DNA of 64,000 nucleotides, from positions 3,286,001 through 3,350,000 of the forward strand of contig OY986946.1 in the NCBI GenBank assembly GCA_963920595.1. Direction: 5' to 3'. Positions within the stretch are counted from its first letter, which is position 1. Every line of letters begins with the position of its first letter. The notes under the pieces were generated by a model, which worked only from the letters and a program-made list of their open reading frames with translations, had not been told where the DNA came from and made no database searches. This DNA comes from Eimeria praecox (taxonomy: Eukaryota). Both the position numbers and the translations under genes were made by a program. Of this stretch, positions 1 to 13,311 are shown in pieces.

Positions 1-427
1 TCCATCCATTTTCCTGGTGCGACCTGCGGGAGAACTCGAGAGACAATGCCATGCGCCGGCATGCAGCCAAAGTCCCACATGGATAAGGGTAGAGTTCGCC
101 TTCTTCTGAGGGCACACATTTAAGGGGAAAGACCAAAAATGTGGGGAGGTACATCAAAATGAATTGCATATTCGAGTATCACGCCAATTAGATGGGTCCC
201 GGAGCTGTGCGTTCTGACGGGTCGGCAACCCATGTGGGACATTGCGAGCCAGCGTGAGGACATACGAATTCGATGACCATTGATGATTTACTGGTAGGGA
301 GCTAGGCCACTCCGTGTGATTAGGCACCTTACGTTTCTCAGCGGGCGCTGATTGTCACAGAAGGGGCTACGTCGCTGGGAGTCATCAATTCCGGAGCAGC
401 CGGGCGTTCCGTGCTGCCAAATAAAGG

Positions 428-3086
428 ATGCCCAGACAAAGGGTGACCCCAGCTGCCAGCGTGGTACACCACGATTCTCTCAGCCATGAGGGACAGGGAT
501 ACGATGAACCGGTTGACCAGTCAGAGTCGCCCGATGCATCAGCATCCCCAAACCAGGAGTTCCCCAGACCGGTGAGCAACACCAGACGGGTGCATTAACA
601 GGCCGCCTGGCTGCAGTGATACTCAGAATGTAACAAGGGAGTGGGTGACGGAGTGTGGTAGGTTTAGATACTCACTGGTTTTCGTGGATTTGCAAGGGTG
701 TCCAGGTGGCAACGCGGCTGTCCAGATGCGATCATAGTCTTGTGGGAGGGTGGCATTTCATTCCATCCCTAATAGATACGTGTTTGTTTTGTGTTCTTCT
801 TCCCTCAGCGCGTCGCTCGAGAGTGCTCGGGATGCAGCGATGGCGTGAAACGGAGTTGCGGCTGCGGCCGATGTTACTGCTGTTCGCGAGCCGCCCTTGA
901 CGACTTTATGCAGCAGAGGATGTCGGCTTGGGAGCCTTTACTCACTCCAAGGCGCATTTTATTTGTGCTTTTTGGCGTGGGTGTGGTGTTTCTGGTGTTG
1001 GGGCTCGTTATCCTCTTAGTAAACAGCGGTATCGTGGAGTGCAAAGTGAACTACACAGACATGGTTGGCGACCTGATCCTGAAGGTAGTGCAGAATTAAC
1101 ATTCCGCCGCACTGAATCCGGGTTCAGAAAGTGTACGGAGCGCATCTTAAAAGAAGGCTGAAAAAGACACATTAGTGTGTGCTCACAGCGACGTGCACAA
1201 TTGGTGGTGCGTTTGTTGCAGATCGATGCCTCAACATGCACAGACACTTCTATTACCGAAATAACGGGAGACGTTTTGCTCTACTACGAGTTGTCTAACT
1301 ACTTTCAGAATCACCGGCACTTCATGAAATCGCGATCGGACAAGCAGCTGGAAGTGAGTTTGTTTGTCTTTGGGCCTCCGGCTGTTGGGTGCCGCATTTA
1401 GTCCACCGTCATGCAAATGCTCTTTTTGTTTTTCTGTGCTTTCATAATATGTGCACAATGGGCGGTTGAGAAGGAACATCTGTTCATGCTTGTTATCTGA
1501 TTGTTTGCCGCGCTCGAGCATGCAAATTGGCGCATTCTTGCTCTCTCGGTTTAGCGTTGACTCAGCAACAAAGTTGTGTTTATCTCGTCTGCTTTTCGTC
1601 GGTTTAGGGGAAGGTTTACACGGCAGCTTCAGATGTGCGCACTGCATGCGACCCGCGTGTGGAGTCCCTGGACGGGCGTGTGCTGCATCCGTGCGGTTTG
1701 AGTGCGGGCGCGGTATTTACGGATGTTTTCTCGGCCGTGGGGGAGGATCAGATGACGGAAATAGAACTCGACGAGTCAAGAGAAGCGATTTGCTGGGACT
1801 GGGACCTCTCCACCTTTAAAAACCCTTCTGAAGAGGAAATGAACGCCGCTGCGTCCCAAGTTGACTTTTGGCTTTTCAATCAAACCTACGCCACCGCCTT
1901 ACACATGGATAAACCCGGTAATGCATATTTACCCGCTGCTTGTCTCCCTCAACCCGTATTCTTCCTCCTCCCCCTAGAGAAGCCTCTTCTGTTTGCCGTT
2001 GACACCGCGTCCTCACAGAGCTACAGACAGAGACAGGCACTTTTGAATCAGGGAGGAGGAGGAGGAGGAGGAGGAGGAGGAGGGCACTGCCAGTGAGTGC
2101 GTGGCAGGTGTTGGTTGTGAGCAGGTGTGGGGTGGGGAGTAGAGAATTCACATTTTATTGTCTGGATGAGGGAAGCGCCTTTACCCGTCTTCCGGAAGGT
2201 CTATGCGCGCTTCGTGGCGCAGTCGTTGAAGCTTCCTTTTTATCTTAAAGTCACAAACAACACATACGACGTCAAATCGTTCGGTGGTGAGGCCTCTCCT
2301 CCTTTCTCCCTACTTACCTGTTCATGGCGACGCCACTATCAACTGTTCCTTCCTTACAAGCTGCAGGGCAGTTGCTCTGCGCTGCTCTTCGTGATTGGCC
2401 TGTCTTCATCCCTTTGCCTGCTTTTTGTAACGTGGCTGACAAGTGGAGTCGATGGTATCGGCTGCGCAGTGTATGCATCTAAACTAATGTGCCAGGAGAA
2501 AGGATTTGTGTATCTGTCTCTCTGTCTTTCTGTCTGACTGCTTGCTGCTCCTACACAAGTGCATCTTTGCATGGGAATGGAACTCTAGTTACACGGGATT
2601 GTGGGTGCAGTTGGCTGGGGGGAAAAGGGGGGGGGGGGGGGGGGGGGTTTGTACATGTGAGGATATACCTCGTGGGCTGTCTTTTCATCAACACAGTGGA
2701 TGCCTCGCCTTAGTGTCATCTGTAGCATTTATCTTCACCTCTGAACGTTGCCTGTACTTCCTCGCGTTTGCCAGTACCTATGTTTTGGGTTCCTGTGGGT
2801 TTGTTGATGTTGAAGCGGGCTCTGCTGCAAGTGTGTTTTTCCTACGTATGTTATTCTTATTGTTTGACTGTTTTATTCTGTTTATTTGCGTGTCATTGCA
2901 GGTTCAAAGAGCGTAGTAGTGACGCAGGCTTCGTGGTTGGGCGGTCGTACGTCTTTCCTGGGTATTGCCTATCTGGTGGTGGGGAGCGTTTGTCTGCTGT
3001 TCTTTGGCGTTCTCTTTTACTATCACAGGAGAAACCCGAGGCATTTGGGGGACGTATCCTGGCTGCGGAAAGCACTGTATTCATAG
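428..3086 (+). CDS. CDC50: CDC50/LEM3 family P4-ATPase (flippase) beta subunit, ~6 exons
   Basis: Family motifs across GT-AG-bounded exons: [15 protein letters not shown] + TM helix (809-1084), [23 protein letters not shown] (1222-1353), HPCGLSAG (1608-1917), [22 protein letters not shown] (2125-2286), [18 protein letters not shown] + TM, ending KALYS* (2902-3086). Exon 1 (428-589) is tentative. Confidence 0.92.
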
Positions 3087-3691
3087 AGAAGTGGCGCCTG
3101 CTTGCAACACAGCTCGACGTCCCACTGCTTCCTAGGCCATCATGCACAGGCAACTGAAGTGCACACTCCGGCTTTTAAAAGCCAACAGCAGCGCTTTCTG
3201 AGAGACGGAGCTCAGCGCATGTCTCTCAATCTGTCTATCTGCCGTTTCAGAAGAGCAGGGCTGGCGAAAAGCCCGAAGGGCTCATGGGGTTGCCTCGCCT
3301 TGCATGACAGCGGTTTCTCTTTTTGTTGCCGGCGTTTGAGGGCATAAAATGTGTTTTGTGCTCCCATCGCCAGATGACTTGTTTTTCAAGCACTTGGATG
3401 GGGGTGTATCGACAGCTCTAGGCTAGTGGCTGTCGCTGGCGGGATTCCACCGCTAGGCAGTTTGCGCAAAGCCGCCCTTGTCGAGGTGCACTGAGGCACT
3501 TTCAACGCAGAGTTTATTTGTTATGGGGTTTGCAGGGGCATGTATATACGCACACAGGGGGAGACGGAGAGCAATGTGTTGTGAGCAGTGCGTTGCACGG
3601 CCATATCTGGACACACATACACACACACTGAATGCACAATATTATAACAATGTATATATTATATAAGATATGCATACGTTAAAAGCATGCG

Positions 3692-6153
3692 TTAGCGAGT
3701 GGGGGATCCCTTCGGGTGGAAGCTTCTGGCTCTGTCTTCGATGTCGTCCATCCAAGAGGCGAGTTGATAAAAGCTGATCAACTCCCCGCGGACTCCAAGG
3801 GCCATGGCTGCGACGAGTTGTTTTACTTCCTCTTCAGAGGCGGCAGGCCTCAGCCCGCGGAGGTTTTCCATGAAATCGTCCTGAGGAGTTTATTGATAAG
3901 GGACTATGCTCAAGTGCAGACTGTTGTACTTCATAGAGCACAAACAGACGTGTGCCCAGGTGTGTGTGCACACAACTCTCGTCTGAATGGGAACACACTA
4001 ACAAGCTGCCGCCTCACCACCGTCACATATCCGTCGGCATCGTCATCGAGGAAGTCGAAGAGGTCCTAAAAATGAGCAGAAGATGGAAAGAACCGGACAA
4101 ACTGAGGTGGAGAAAACGCTGCACCCGTTTATACGCTTCCCTTAAGTGTGGGGGAGCCAGAGCTCTTGTCTCGTCCTCCAGAAGATGCATGATCATCTGA
4201 AGGGGGGGATATTAAAGTGCAAATATATAAATTGCTCAGATCGGCGAAAAAATAACAAGAGAGACGAGGAACATACAGCGGTGAAGGCGGGGAATGTGAG
4301 GCTCTCAGAGGCGTCGAGGGCGGCGACCCATCCATCTGCGGTCTTAACATAAATTCAAAAGCCCAAGATTAGGACGGCAGAGTAAATGATTAAGCGAGAC
4401 AGGCAATGGCTGGGGCGGAAGTGATGACAGCAAGCGGAGCAGCGGCTGCTCTGGCTGACCTGCTTTAGCTTTGCAGTCGGGTATCCTCTCGTTGAGTGCG
4501 AATGCCTCAATCATTTTATGAATGTTCGTTAGGGGGATTCTGGGCTCTTCGCCGAGTTCAGCAAAGGCGTGGAATATGTCTTGGTAGCCTTTTTGTGTTT
4601 CTGGCGATAGAGCGTCGTAGATTTGCTTGGCTTCATCTATTTCATCGCGCGCCCGACCGGGATGCGAGGCGAAGAAAGTGTCCGCCTTGTAACGGAGAAA
4701 CTGAAGAATTTGGAAATGCCGTTCTAACTGCTTCATGTGGAGGCGCTGAGCGCTGGCAGCGATGGCCTGGCGGCTGGCGAGAGACCCGAGGTTGCTGACG
4801 ATGGTGAAGTGAGTTGCGATGGAGGGGAAGAGCCCCATGCTGAGGAGGAGGACTAAAAGGGGCGCAATGCCGCTCCAGTACCCCAGCACTCCGAACATGA
4901 CGTGCTGGTAGTGCGGGGAGAGCAGCAGCTTCGCTGCGGCGGTGACGGCGACAACATGAAGAGAGAGAGAAAGCTGGATTAAGGTCCTCAGGGCAGGGAT
5001 GCCTCTGGGCCCCAGGACAAACAATGACTCCTGGGCATTCATTACCCGAGCTCCTCTGATCAGCGTGCAGATGGGCCCGTTGCGCGTTATGGGGGGCAAC
5101 GCTTCTATTGGGGCTGGAGGCAGCTCTGTTGAAGCCCTCGGCTGGGCAAGGCCTCGCAGGTATTCTTCGATTTCCTTGCTGCTGGGCGTATGGTAGTTCA
5201 AGACGGTTTCAAGTCTCCAGAAAATGAACAGATTGAAAAACAAAAGGGCTCCTGCAGCGAAAACAAGAAACTCGACGAGCGGCTTCGGGCTAAAACCGAA
5301 GACCGGCCTTGCAGAAAGCAGAATGGGGATAAACAGCGCCCAAGTGGATATGGGTATTTCCACCATGTGCAAAAGAGTCTCAGAAAGCCGCTCTGAGAGA
5401 AATTCTCCGAAATGGAATTCACCTTCTTGATGAGGCGCAAAGGGTGTCAGCGGATTCATAAAGCGAAAACGAATATACCAGAAACGAAGGGCAGAATCGG
5501 AAGCCGCTTTGCTCTTCACGAGCTGCTGAAATTCCAGTACGCCCATCTCGTCGTACCTGTCAGAGAAAGGTGGGTTTCAGGTGGCTTCAGCGAGGGTTTC
5601 AGCTGCTTACCTTCTCCATTCTGTCGTAGTGGCGACGGACAGGGTCAGAAGCACCAGGATGCTGACTGTAAAGGTCACCAACAAAAGGAATACGATGATG
5701 TGGGCGCTTTCAAATAACTCAAAAATAACTGTTGGAGCCGCGTAAGGGTTTCCGCTTTCTTCCTTCAGCTCCTTTATCCCAATGCGCTCCAGAGAATTCT
5801 GGCCCAACAGTTTGTCATTGATGGCCATCGTCAGGCCGAATCGAGTTGAGAAAAAGAGAAGGAGAGAAATAAACCCGAGCACTGTAACTTCTTTTGTGAT
5901 AGCCGTCACCACTTTCAGCACATGATGCAAATGACGGTGCTCCAAGTATTCCACAAGCTCCTCGTGCGCCACCTGCAAAGAGATTACTTTTATTGTCTGC
6001 TTGCCAGTATTTGAAATGCGGGCGTACTTCAAATATCAGCGTCAGAAACAAAATCGCCGCCAGAATGGCAATTGTTATGTTGGCCTGGGCGAAGGCGTGA
6101 TCGTGAGCTTCGGCTGCAACGCTACACACGCCTGATGAGGCAGTGCAAACCAT
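3692..6153 (-). CDS. MLO-like multi-pass membrane protein with C-terminal EF-hand(s), ~7 exons
   Basis: ATG at 6153; exons 6153-6028, 5972-5611, 5556-4460, then short exons near 4335-4270, 4196-4125, 4065-4018 and 3880-3692. Shows MLO hallmarks (LIFEVAHEELVEYL...ITKEVTVLGFISLLL; AHIIVFLL...EWRRYDE; YIRFRFM...FHFGEFLSERL...VEIPISTW; ESLFVLGP; FTIVSNLGS) and a canonical EF-hand loop DDDADGYVTVDD split across an intron. Confidence 0.8.
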
Positions 6154-7897
6154 CTTTGAAAAGAAAAGTGGCCTTCGGGTTACTCCCACAAAAGAAAGCA
6201 ACGCGTGAAGGAAATAGGAAGAGCGCGGGCGCACGGCAACCGCATGGCATAAACCCCAGCACAGCAAACCACAGAACACGACAGTCTCTCAGGTGTCTCG
6301 ACTTCCAATTTACAAACAATCAAGTTCGCTCAGAAGAGCAAATAACAGAATACATGGTGCTATAGGAGAATGGAAACCCAAGGCAGCTGTACGCGCAGCT
6401 GCAGATCGTACAGATTACCTTCAGCGTAACTGTTAAGGTAAATATACCTGGGACGAACTCGGCAGCGCTGAAGGGGAGGAAGCAGCAAAACTTTCTCAGT
6501 TTGAGTTGCTTTTGAACTTAAGAGAATAACTGTTACCATTTTGTTTCGCTAAAATACAGTAACACGCTGCCGTTTACCGTGCACTTCGACTCAATCGGTT
6601 CTGGGGAGCACAGTTGCAATGGTGCTTGACTATGACTGCTAGCGTGTTTATGGGGAGACATGATCTACTGTTCTCTCAGTGTTCTTTCACACTATATGGA
6701 ATACCTGAGCTTTTATTCAATTATAAGAGCGCTGAACAAGCTCGAATGCTATCATGAGTATGGGGGGTAGGGACGGAACCGAGTTCCGCTTCCCTGGGCA
6801 GGTATGTACTTGAAATGATAGGATGACTAGATGATTTTCAGTCGATTTCAACCCCATATGTACGTGAGTAGGAACCTTTTAGGAAGAGAGGGCTGATATT
6901 CTGTGCGAAATAGAACAGAAACGGGCGGTAGCGGTCCCCGTAAGCATGTACCCGTCTGTCCGGAAGACTAGACAGAACGTATACTAATCTACGTTGAAGC
7001 TTCCGGTGTGTCAATGGAAATAAAAAGATACATACAACCAGAACATGTGCAGCTCTTAAAGGAACGATGTGCAGGATATATGCAGGAGATATTCCTGTGT
7101 GCGTTCGAATTCACGTGTATGCATACTTTGAAAATAGTTTTGCGGTAGCTGCCCCTGAGGTTGGTGCTACGTGGGGTTGGCAGTGTTATCTCATTTAGAG
7201 AAGGAAGATGAAAATATATTTCTGTTTAGGATATTTTAATGATGAAAGCGTTGTCACACGGAACTCCACCACAAGTTTGCAGTGGCAGAATGCATACTTT
7301 TGAATTCAACTTCCCCGGCTACGTCCATAGCTTACTTATCGGTCTGACCGTTCCAAAATTATTAAATACATAAAAGATTAATTACTACCCATTATAAACA
7401 ATGTTAGTTGAAGTTTTATAAGAAGAACGCAAGCAAGGGTTTGAGAGCGCTGCGTGTGCACAGGTCCGCCTCGTGCAGCTTTCGCGAGCATACAGTGGTC
7501 TCTAGCTGCTTACGGACGATGTGTTTGTTGTTTCTTGCTTTAAAAAGTATATGATTTCTTGTATTTAGGAAAATTGCGGTGTACACACAACGCAGTATAT
7601 CGTCTGCTGAACACTCAGCCTTCCGCAAGCCGATACTACTTCCCGAGTCTTTTGCATCTGTCCACAGCTCTTTCACCGACTGTTCACTCAGGGCTTTTGA
7701 GTCCGCTTTCCTTTCCTCAACTATTGTTAAGGATTAAGACCTTAGGGCTTCCTCCGTTTGACGAGTGGCGAGTTGCAACTTCGTCTATATAGAGTCGAGC
7801 GCAGTTCATAGTTCTGAGGAACACAACAGCGCCATTTGAGGCGCCTCTACCAGCCGCAGCTGCTGCCTCTCAACTGGCCAAGGAACGGAGCAGCAGT

Positions 7898-10225
7898 ATG
7901 GCGGAAGGCAACGGGTCTCGGGGCGCTGCTCCCTCTCGTTCCTCGACGCGTGCCTCGGAGGTAGGAGGCGCTGGATTTGTGCATGCAGCCCGTCGCAGTT
8001 CATTCGGCCGTATAGACACCTCCCCAGCCGACTCCTTTTATGCTGCGGAGCCACCGCCTCCCAATGTCGCCACTGCAGGGCTCCGCGTGCGACAATTCGT
8101 ACGGCCGCTGCTAGAGAAGGAGGAGCTGAAGGAAGACAAGCTCGCCATCATCACTGCAGGGGGCACAGATGTTCCTTTAGAGGTACTCCTTTAAATGCTT
8201 CTTCCTCTCTCAAACAGCCTCCGCTTACTGCTCTATACAGCTCAGCACTTCCCGTTTGCTGTGGACCGTGGTGCCTATGGTTGCTGCTGCTGCTGCTGCT
8301 GCTGTTTCTGCTGCGGCTGCGTGAGTCGATTGTGTTTGAACGTATATTATCTCAAGCGTTGTTGAACTTTTGGTGTATCACGAGGATAGGAAGATGCTGG
8401 TCCTGCAAGTACTGCAAACCTTGCTGCCTCTGGCTGTGTTGCTTGCTGTGTTGCCGAGGCTGCAGCATCAGCAGCAGAGAGTTATTTGTCTTGTTTTCTG
8501 TTTGCATGTGGACGACTGTCTGTGTTTGATGCAGCGGGAGGCAGTAAGGTTTATAACGAACACAAGTTCAGGGACTCGAGGGGCCGCCTTGTGTGAGCAG
8601 CTGCTGCGTTTGGGGTATTACGTAGTGTATGTGACTTCGGCTCGAGCGGTGAAGCCGTTCGTCCGTCATCTGCTTCCCCCGCATCCGATGCCTCACATAC
8701 TCGACTGCATGTCTCTCAGCACCTTACAGCAGCAAGACGAAGTAGAGGAGGAGCAGCAGCAGCAAGAGGATGAGCAGCAGCAGCAAGAGGATGAGCAGCA
8801 GGATCAGCAGCAGGATCAGCAGCAGGATCAGCAGCAGGAGCATCATCAGCAGCCCATTGTTGAGGAGCCTTCTTCTGATTCGGAAGGATCTGAGGGGGAG
8901 AAGAGCACTTCAACTCCACCACCTCCCCCCAGTTCACGTCATTTGGCGTATGAGACGGTTTCTGCGGTGTATGAAGACGGCAAAGGCGAACGCACGAAAG
9001 TTTTTACTTCTGTTGGCTCAGTAGTTAATAGCGACGACCCTGCAGCAGCAAATGACGGCGTTACAGTAGCGGCAGAGTCTGTAGGGGGCCCGTCTGAAGC
9101 AGCAGCAGCAGCAGCAGAAGCAGCAGAAACAACAGTAGAAGATCTGTCAAGCAGCAACAACAGATCGTCGTGGCGAGTCGTCCTGCGGGGGCCCTGGGAG
9201 AAGAGAGGAGAGGATGAAGCAGAAGAAGCCATGGATGCTATGGGCTGGGAGCTTGATGGACAGGAGGCTGGTGCCGCATTTGAGCTGTACAGACAGTGCA
9301 AGGGCCGTCTGATGTGTATAACTTACCATACACTTGTGGATTATGCCTTCATTGTACGCGCTGTTGCAGCAGGGGCGGCGCCTCTTCGAGAACGTCTGAT
9401 GTTTTGTTCTGCTGCTGCTGTAGCAGATTTTTATTTACCTCACGCTCTGATGTCTGCCCACAAACTTAAAACCCCGCACGATCTGCAGCCTGTGCGGCGT
9501 GCTTCCCTTGCTGCAGCAGCAGCAGAAGGGGGGGGGGAGAAGGGGCTGAGGGATATACAGAAGGGCTCTTCGTCTTCGCGTATAGGATCGTTTGCTGCTG
9601 CCATGCAGCCGAAGCGCTGGTTTACTGGAGAAGCCGAGGCAGCAGACACTTCAGCAGCAGCAGCAGCAGCAACAACAACAACACCAACAGCAGCAGAGAC
9701 AGGAGAAGATATACAACATCAGCAACACAGCAGCAGCCATCATCATCATTTAACTTTGCGTCTATGGGTTGCTCCGAAGGTGTTGTCTGTGGTTAGGAGC
9801 GTAGCTCCTCAGTGTTTTATAGCCGCATTCAAGTTAGAAACAGATGAAGAGCTGCTGCAGCAGAGTGCTTCGATATACTTAGGGGGCAGTGAGAGCAGCA
9901 GCCCCGGCGTTGCAGATTGTGTGGTAGGGAACGTACTAAGAACACGAAGACACGCTGCTGTTCTGTTTACGAAGGGAAGTCAAAAACAAATTAAATGCAA
10001 AGAGACAAAGACATATAAATACTTAGGAGTAAGAATAAATACAATAAAATAACTAAATAAATAACTAACTAACTAACTAACTATCTAACTAATAACTAAC
10101 TAACTAATAACTAACTAACTAACTAATAACTAACTAACCATCTAACTAACTAACTAACTAACCAGCTATCTGTCTATCTATCTATCTAACTAACTAACTA
10201 ACTAACTAACTAACCATCTATCTAA

Positions 10226-10272
<47 letters not shown>

Positions 10273-10641
10273 ACTAACTAACTAACTAACTAACTGCAAA
10301 CAAACAAGCAAACACACAAACAAACAAACTAACTAACAAGTCCTAGAGGAACAGACAGGCAGATAACAGCATCCATACACCCGCAGATAAACACCTGTAA
10401 TAGCAGATACTCAAGTAGATATAGATATAGAATAATGCAGGAGCTGCTGATGCGCTGCTAGCCTGCAGCAGCAATAGCAGCAACAGGAACAGCAGCACGA
10501 ACAGCAGCACGAGCAGCAGCAGGAACAGCAGCAAGAACAGCAGGAGCAGTAGTGACAATAGGAGTTATGATAATTATGAGGATGATGTAGATGTTGCTGT
10601 AGTGAGGTCGTAGACTTTGTTGTGGGATTGTGCGTGAAATG

Positions 10642-10679
<38 letters not shown>

Positions 10680-10852
10680 TTGCTGTTGATTCTGCTGCTG
10701 CTGTTGCTGCTGTTGATTCTGGTGCTGCTGCTGTTGCTGCATGATGTGTTTATCTTTCTGTTGTTGCTTGCTGCAGCACGGGACGATTGAGGCGCGGCTG
10801 GCGAAGCATCTGGAGAAGCTGCAGGACCTAAAACTTAAGGAAGCATTTCTAT

Positions 10853-10854
<2 letters not shown>
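7898..10854 (+). CDS. PPCS: phosphopantothenate--cysteine ligase (CoaB/PPCS), 3 exons, with Gln/Glu/Ala homopolymer inserts
   Basis: Exons 7898-8182, 8535-10028, 10777-10854 join in frame. Motifs IITAGGTDVPLE|REAVRFITNTSSGTRGAALCEQLL, CSAAAVADFYLP, APKVL, AAFKLETD, VVGNVL match eukaryotic PPCS. Confidence 0.92.
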
Positions 10855-10893
<39 letters not shown>

Positions 10894-11244
10894 CCGTAGT
10901 TAGTTTCTTCTATCTTGCTGATGTGTATATTAATTAGTTTGCGGCTCGTCTACTTATTACTGTGTTTACTTTTGTTCTATTTGTGCGCATTTGAAGCAAA
11001 CAAAAGCAAGAAACAAACAGCCACTGAATGCCGCAGGTGCTGCGGTGTATAGGCAGCTGTTCGTTCCTGCTGCATCTCTCTGTTCTGTTTTTATTCTTCT
11101 AAATTAAACATACTGCAGCGGCAACAATACACAAAACCAAAACAAAATTAACAGCTTCAGAGCTGCAGCATCTCGAGATGAACTCAACAGACCTTCAGGT
11201 GTACACGTGTATAAACCACCAGTTATTTATAGCGGGCTTCCTTA

Positions 11245-11316
<72 letters not shown>

Positions 11317-11886
11317 TGTTTAGCTGCTGCACGGATAGAGAAGAGCTGTAACGATGTTTTGAGGTAGGAAAAGATAAAACTAGCAGACTCGTAAACAGCA
11401 GAAGCAGCAGCCGCAGCAGCAACAAATGATACGGCGCATGCATGTGCTGCTGCAGCGCCTCCTCTGCTAAGGTCTCACGGATGCAGAGACAGAAGAATAG
11501 GGGAGCAGCCAGCCCCTCACATTGCTGCTGCTGCTGTTGCTGCTGCTGCTGTTGCTGCTGCTGTTGCTGCTGCAGCAGCAGCAGCAACTGGAGTGGTGGT
11601 GCCGCTTTCAACAATTCTTATATCTTGCTGCTTCATCTTCCGCGCTTCTCGCTTACACCTTCTGCTGCTGCAGTTGTTGCAGCAGCAGCAGCAGCAGCAG
11701 CTTCTGCCTGGGGATACGAGGCTGCAGCTGCTGCAGATGTGGCTTTCAGCTGCTGCAGCTGCTACAACTGCTGCAGCTTGAGTTTCTTCGGGGTATGAAG
11801 GCTGTGGGCGTCAGCCTTTCGTGTGTCTCCTCTGTCTGCTGCTGCATTTGCTGCTGCTGCTAGATTTGTTGCTGCTTCCTATGCTC

Positions 11887-11923
<37 letters not shown>

Positions 11924-12015
11924 GGCTGCTGCGTTAACGGTGATTTGCATGTATGCTGTGCATGCAGGTTTATATTATGTTTATTTATTTATTCTTTTGT
12001 TTATTTATCTCTTGT

Positions 12016-12039
12016 TTAAGCTGCTGCTTGTTCTTCATA

Positions 12040-12076
<37 letters not shown>

Positions 12077-12328
12077 ACACTGAGAGGTCTAAGCTGCTCT
12101 GAAGGGAAGCGGCTGTTCTTCATGTGCAGCGGCTGCAGCAGCGTGGCTTTTCTGTGTTGCTGCTGCTGCAGCTTCTCTTTTGCTGCTGCAGCATTTATTC
12201 TCTCTATCTCTAACTCTATTCGTTCAAGCAAAGACACACTATAATATCTAGAGGCCCCTTCATTGACTGAAACTGCATCTACTACTTCCTCCTGCTGTTG
12301 CTGCTGCTCCTCCTCCTGTTCCTGCTGC

Positions 12329-12360
<32 letters not shown>

Positions 12361-12442
12361 ATCCTGCTCTTGCTGCTGCTCTTGTTGCTGCTGGGGTTCT
12401 TGGTTGCCTTGTTGTGTTCGTTGCTGCTGTTGCTGTTGCTGC

Positions 12443-12474
<32 letters not shown>

Positions 12475-12945
12475 TTGCTGCTGTTGCTGTTTTAGGATAG
12501 TGAGGGCTTGTTTGAAGTCTTTGAGTGCTTCTTCTGTTTTTCTTAGTTTATACAAAGCAACGCCTCTGCGATAAATTGTTTTGGGGTTTGAAGGAATAAG
12601 GAGAAGAGAAGCAGAGCAGTCATCTACACAAGCTTTCAATTTCTGCTGCTGATAGTGTGCTGCTGCTCGATTCCCATACAACTGTCCTATCAACTCCTCC
12701 CCTGCTGCTGCTGCTGCTGTTTCTGCTGCTGCTGCTGCTGTATTACCTGCAGCAGCAGCAGCAGCAGCAGCAGAGCGTGTCTGCATAACAACAACGTCAC
12801 ACAAGATAGATACTACAGGTTATAGGTTGTTATATATTTCGCTGCTTTCTCTTGAAACACAATAAAATAGTTCATTTCTAAATAGAAAAAATATAAAACA
12901 CATTATTTAGCTAAGACAAATGTATATTAATTGCATTGTATACAC

Positions 12946-13010
<65 letters not shown>

Positions 13011-13255
13011 TTAGATAGATAAGATAGATAACACAGATAAGATAGATAAGATAGATAAGATAGATAAGACAGATGAGATAGATAAGATAGATAAGATAGA
13101 TTAGATAGATTAGATAGATAAGATAGATTAGATAGACTAGATAGATAAGACAGATAAGATAGATAAGATAGATAAGATAGGTGAGATAGATAAGATAGAT
13201 AGATAGATAGATAGATATACAGATAGATATACAGATAAATATATCTGTATATCTA

Positions 13256-13311
<56 letters not shown>

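Noticed and set aside
2617..2647. Poly-G run in a CDC50 intron (also G-rich 61365-61390) as a functional G-quadruplex
   Set aside because: Simple homopolymer of uncertain assembled length, with no supporting context.
8720..9150. Homopolymeric amino-acid inserts in PPCS and other proteins as a novelty
   Set aside because: CAG-encoded homopolymer repeats in Eimeria proteins are already well described.
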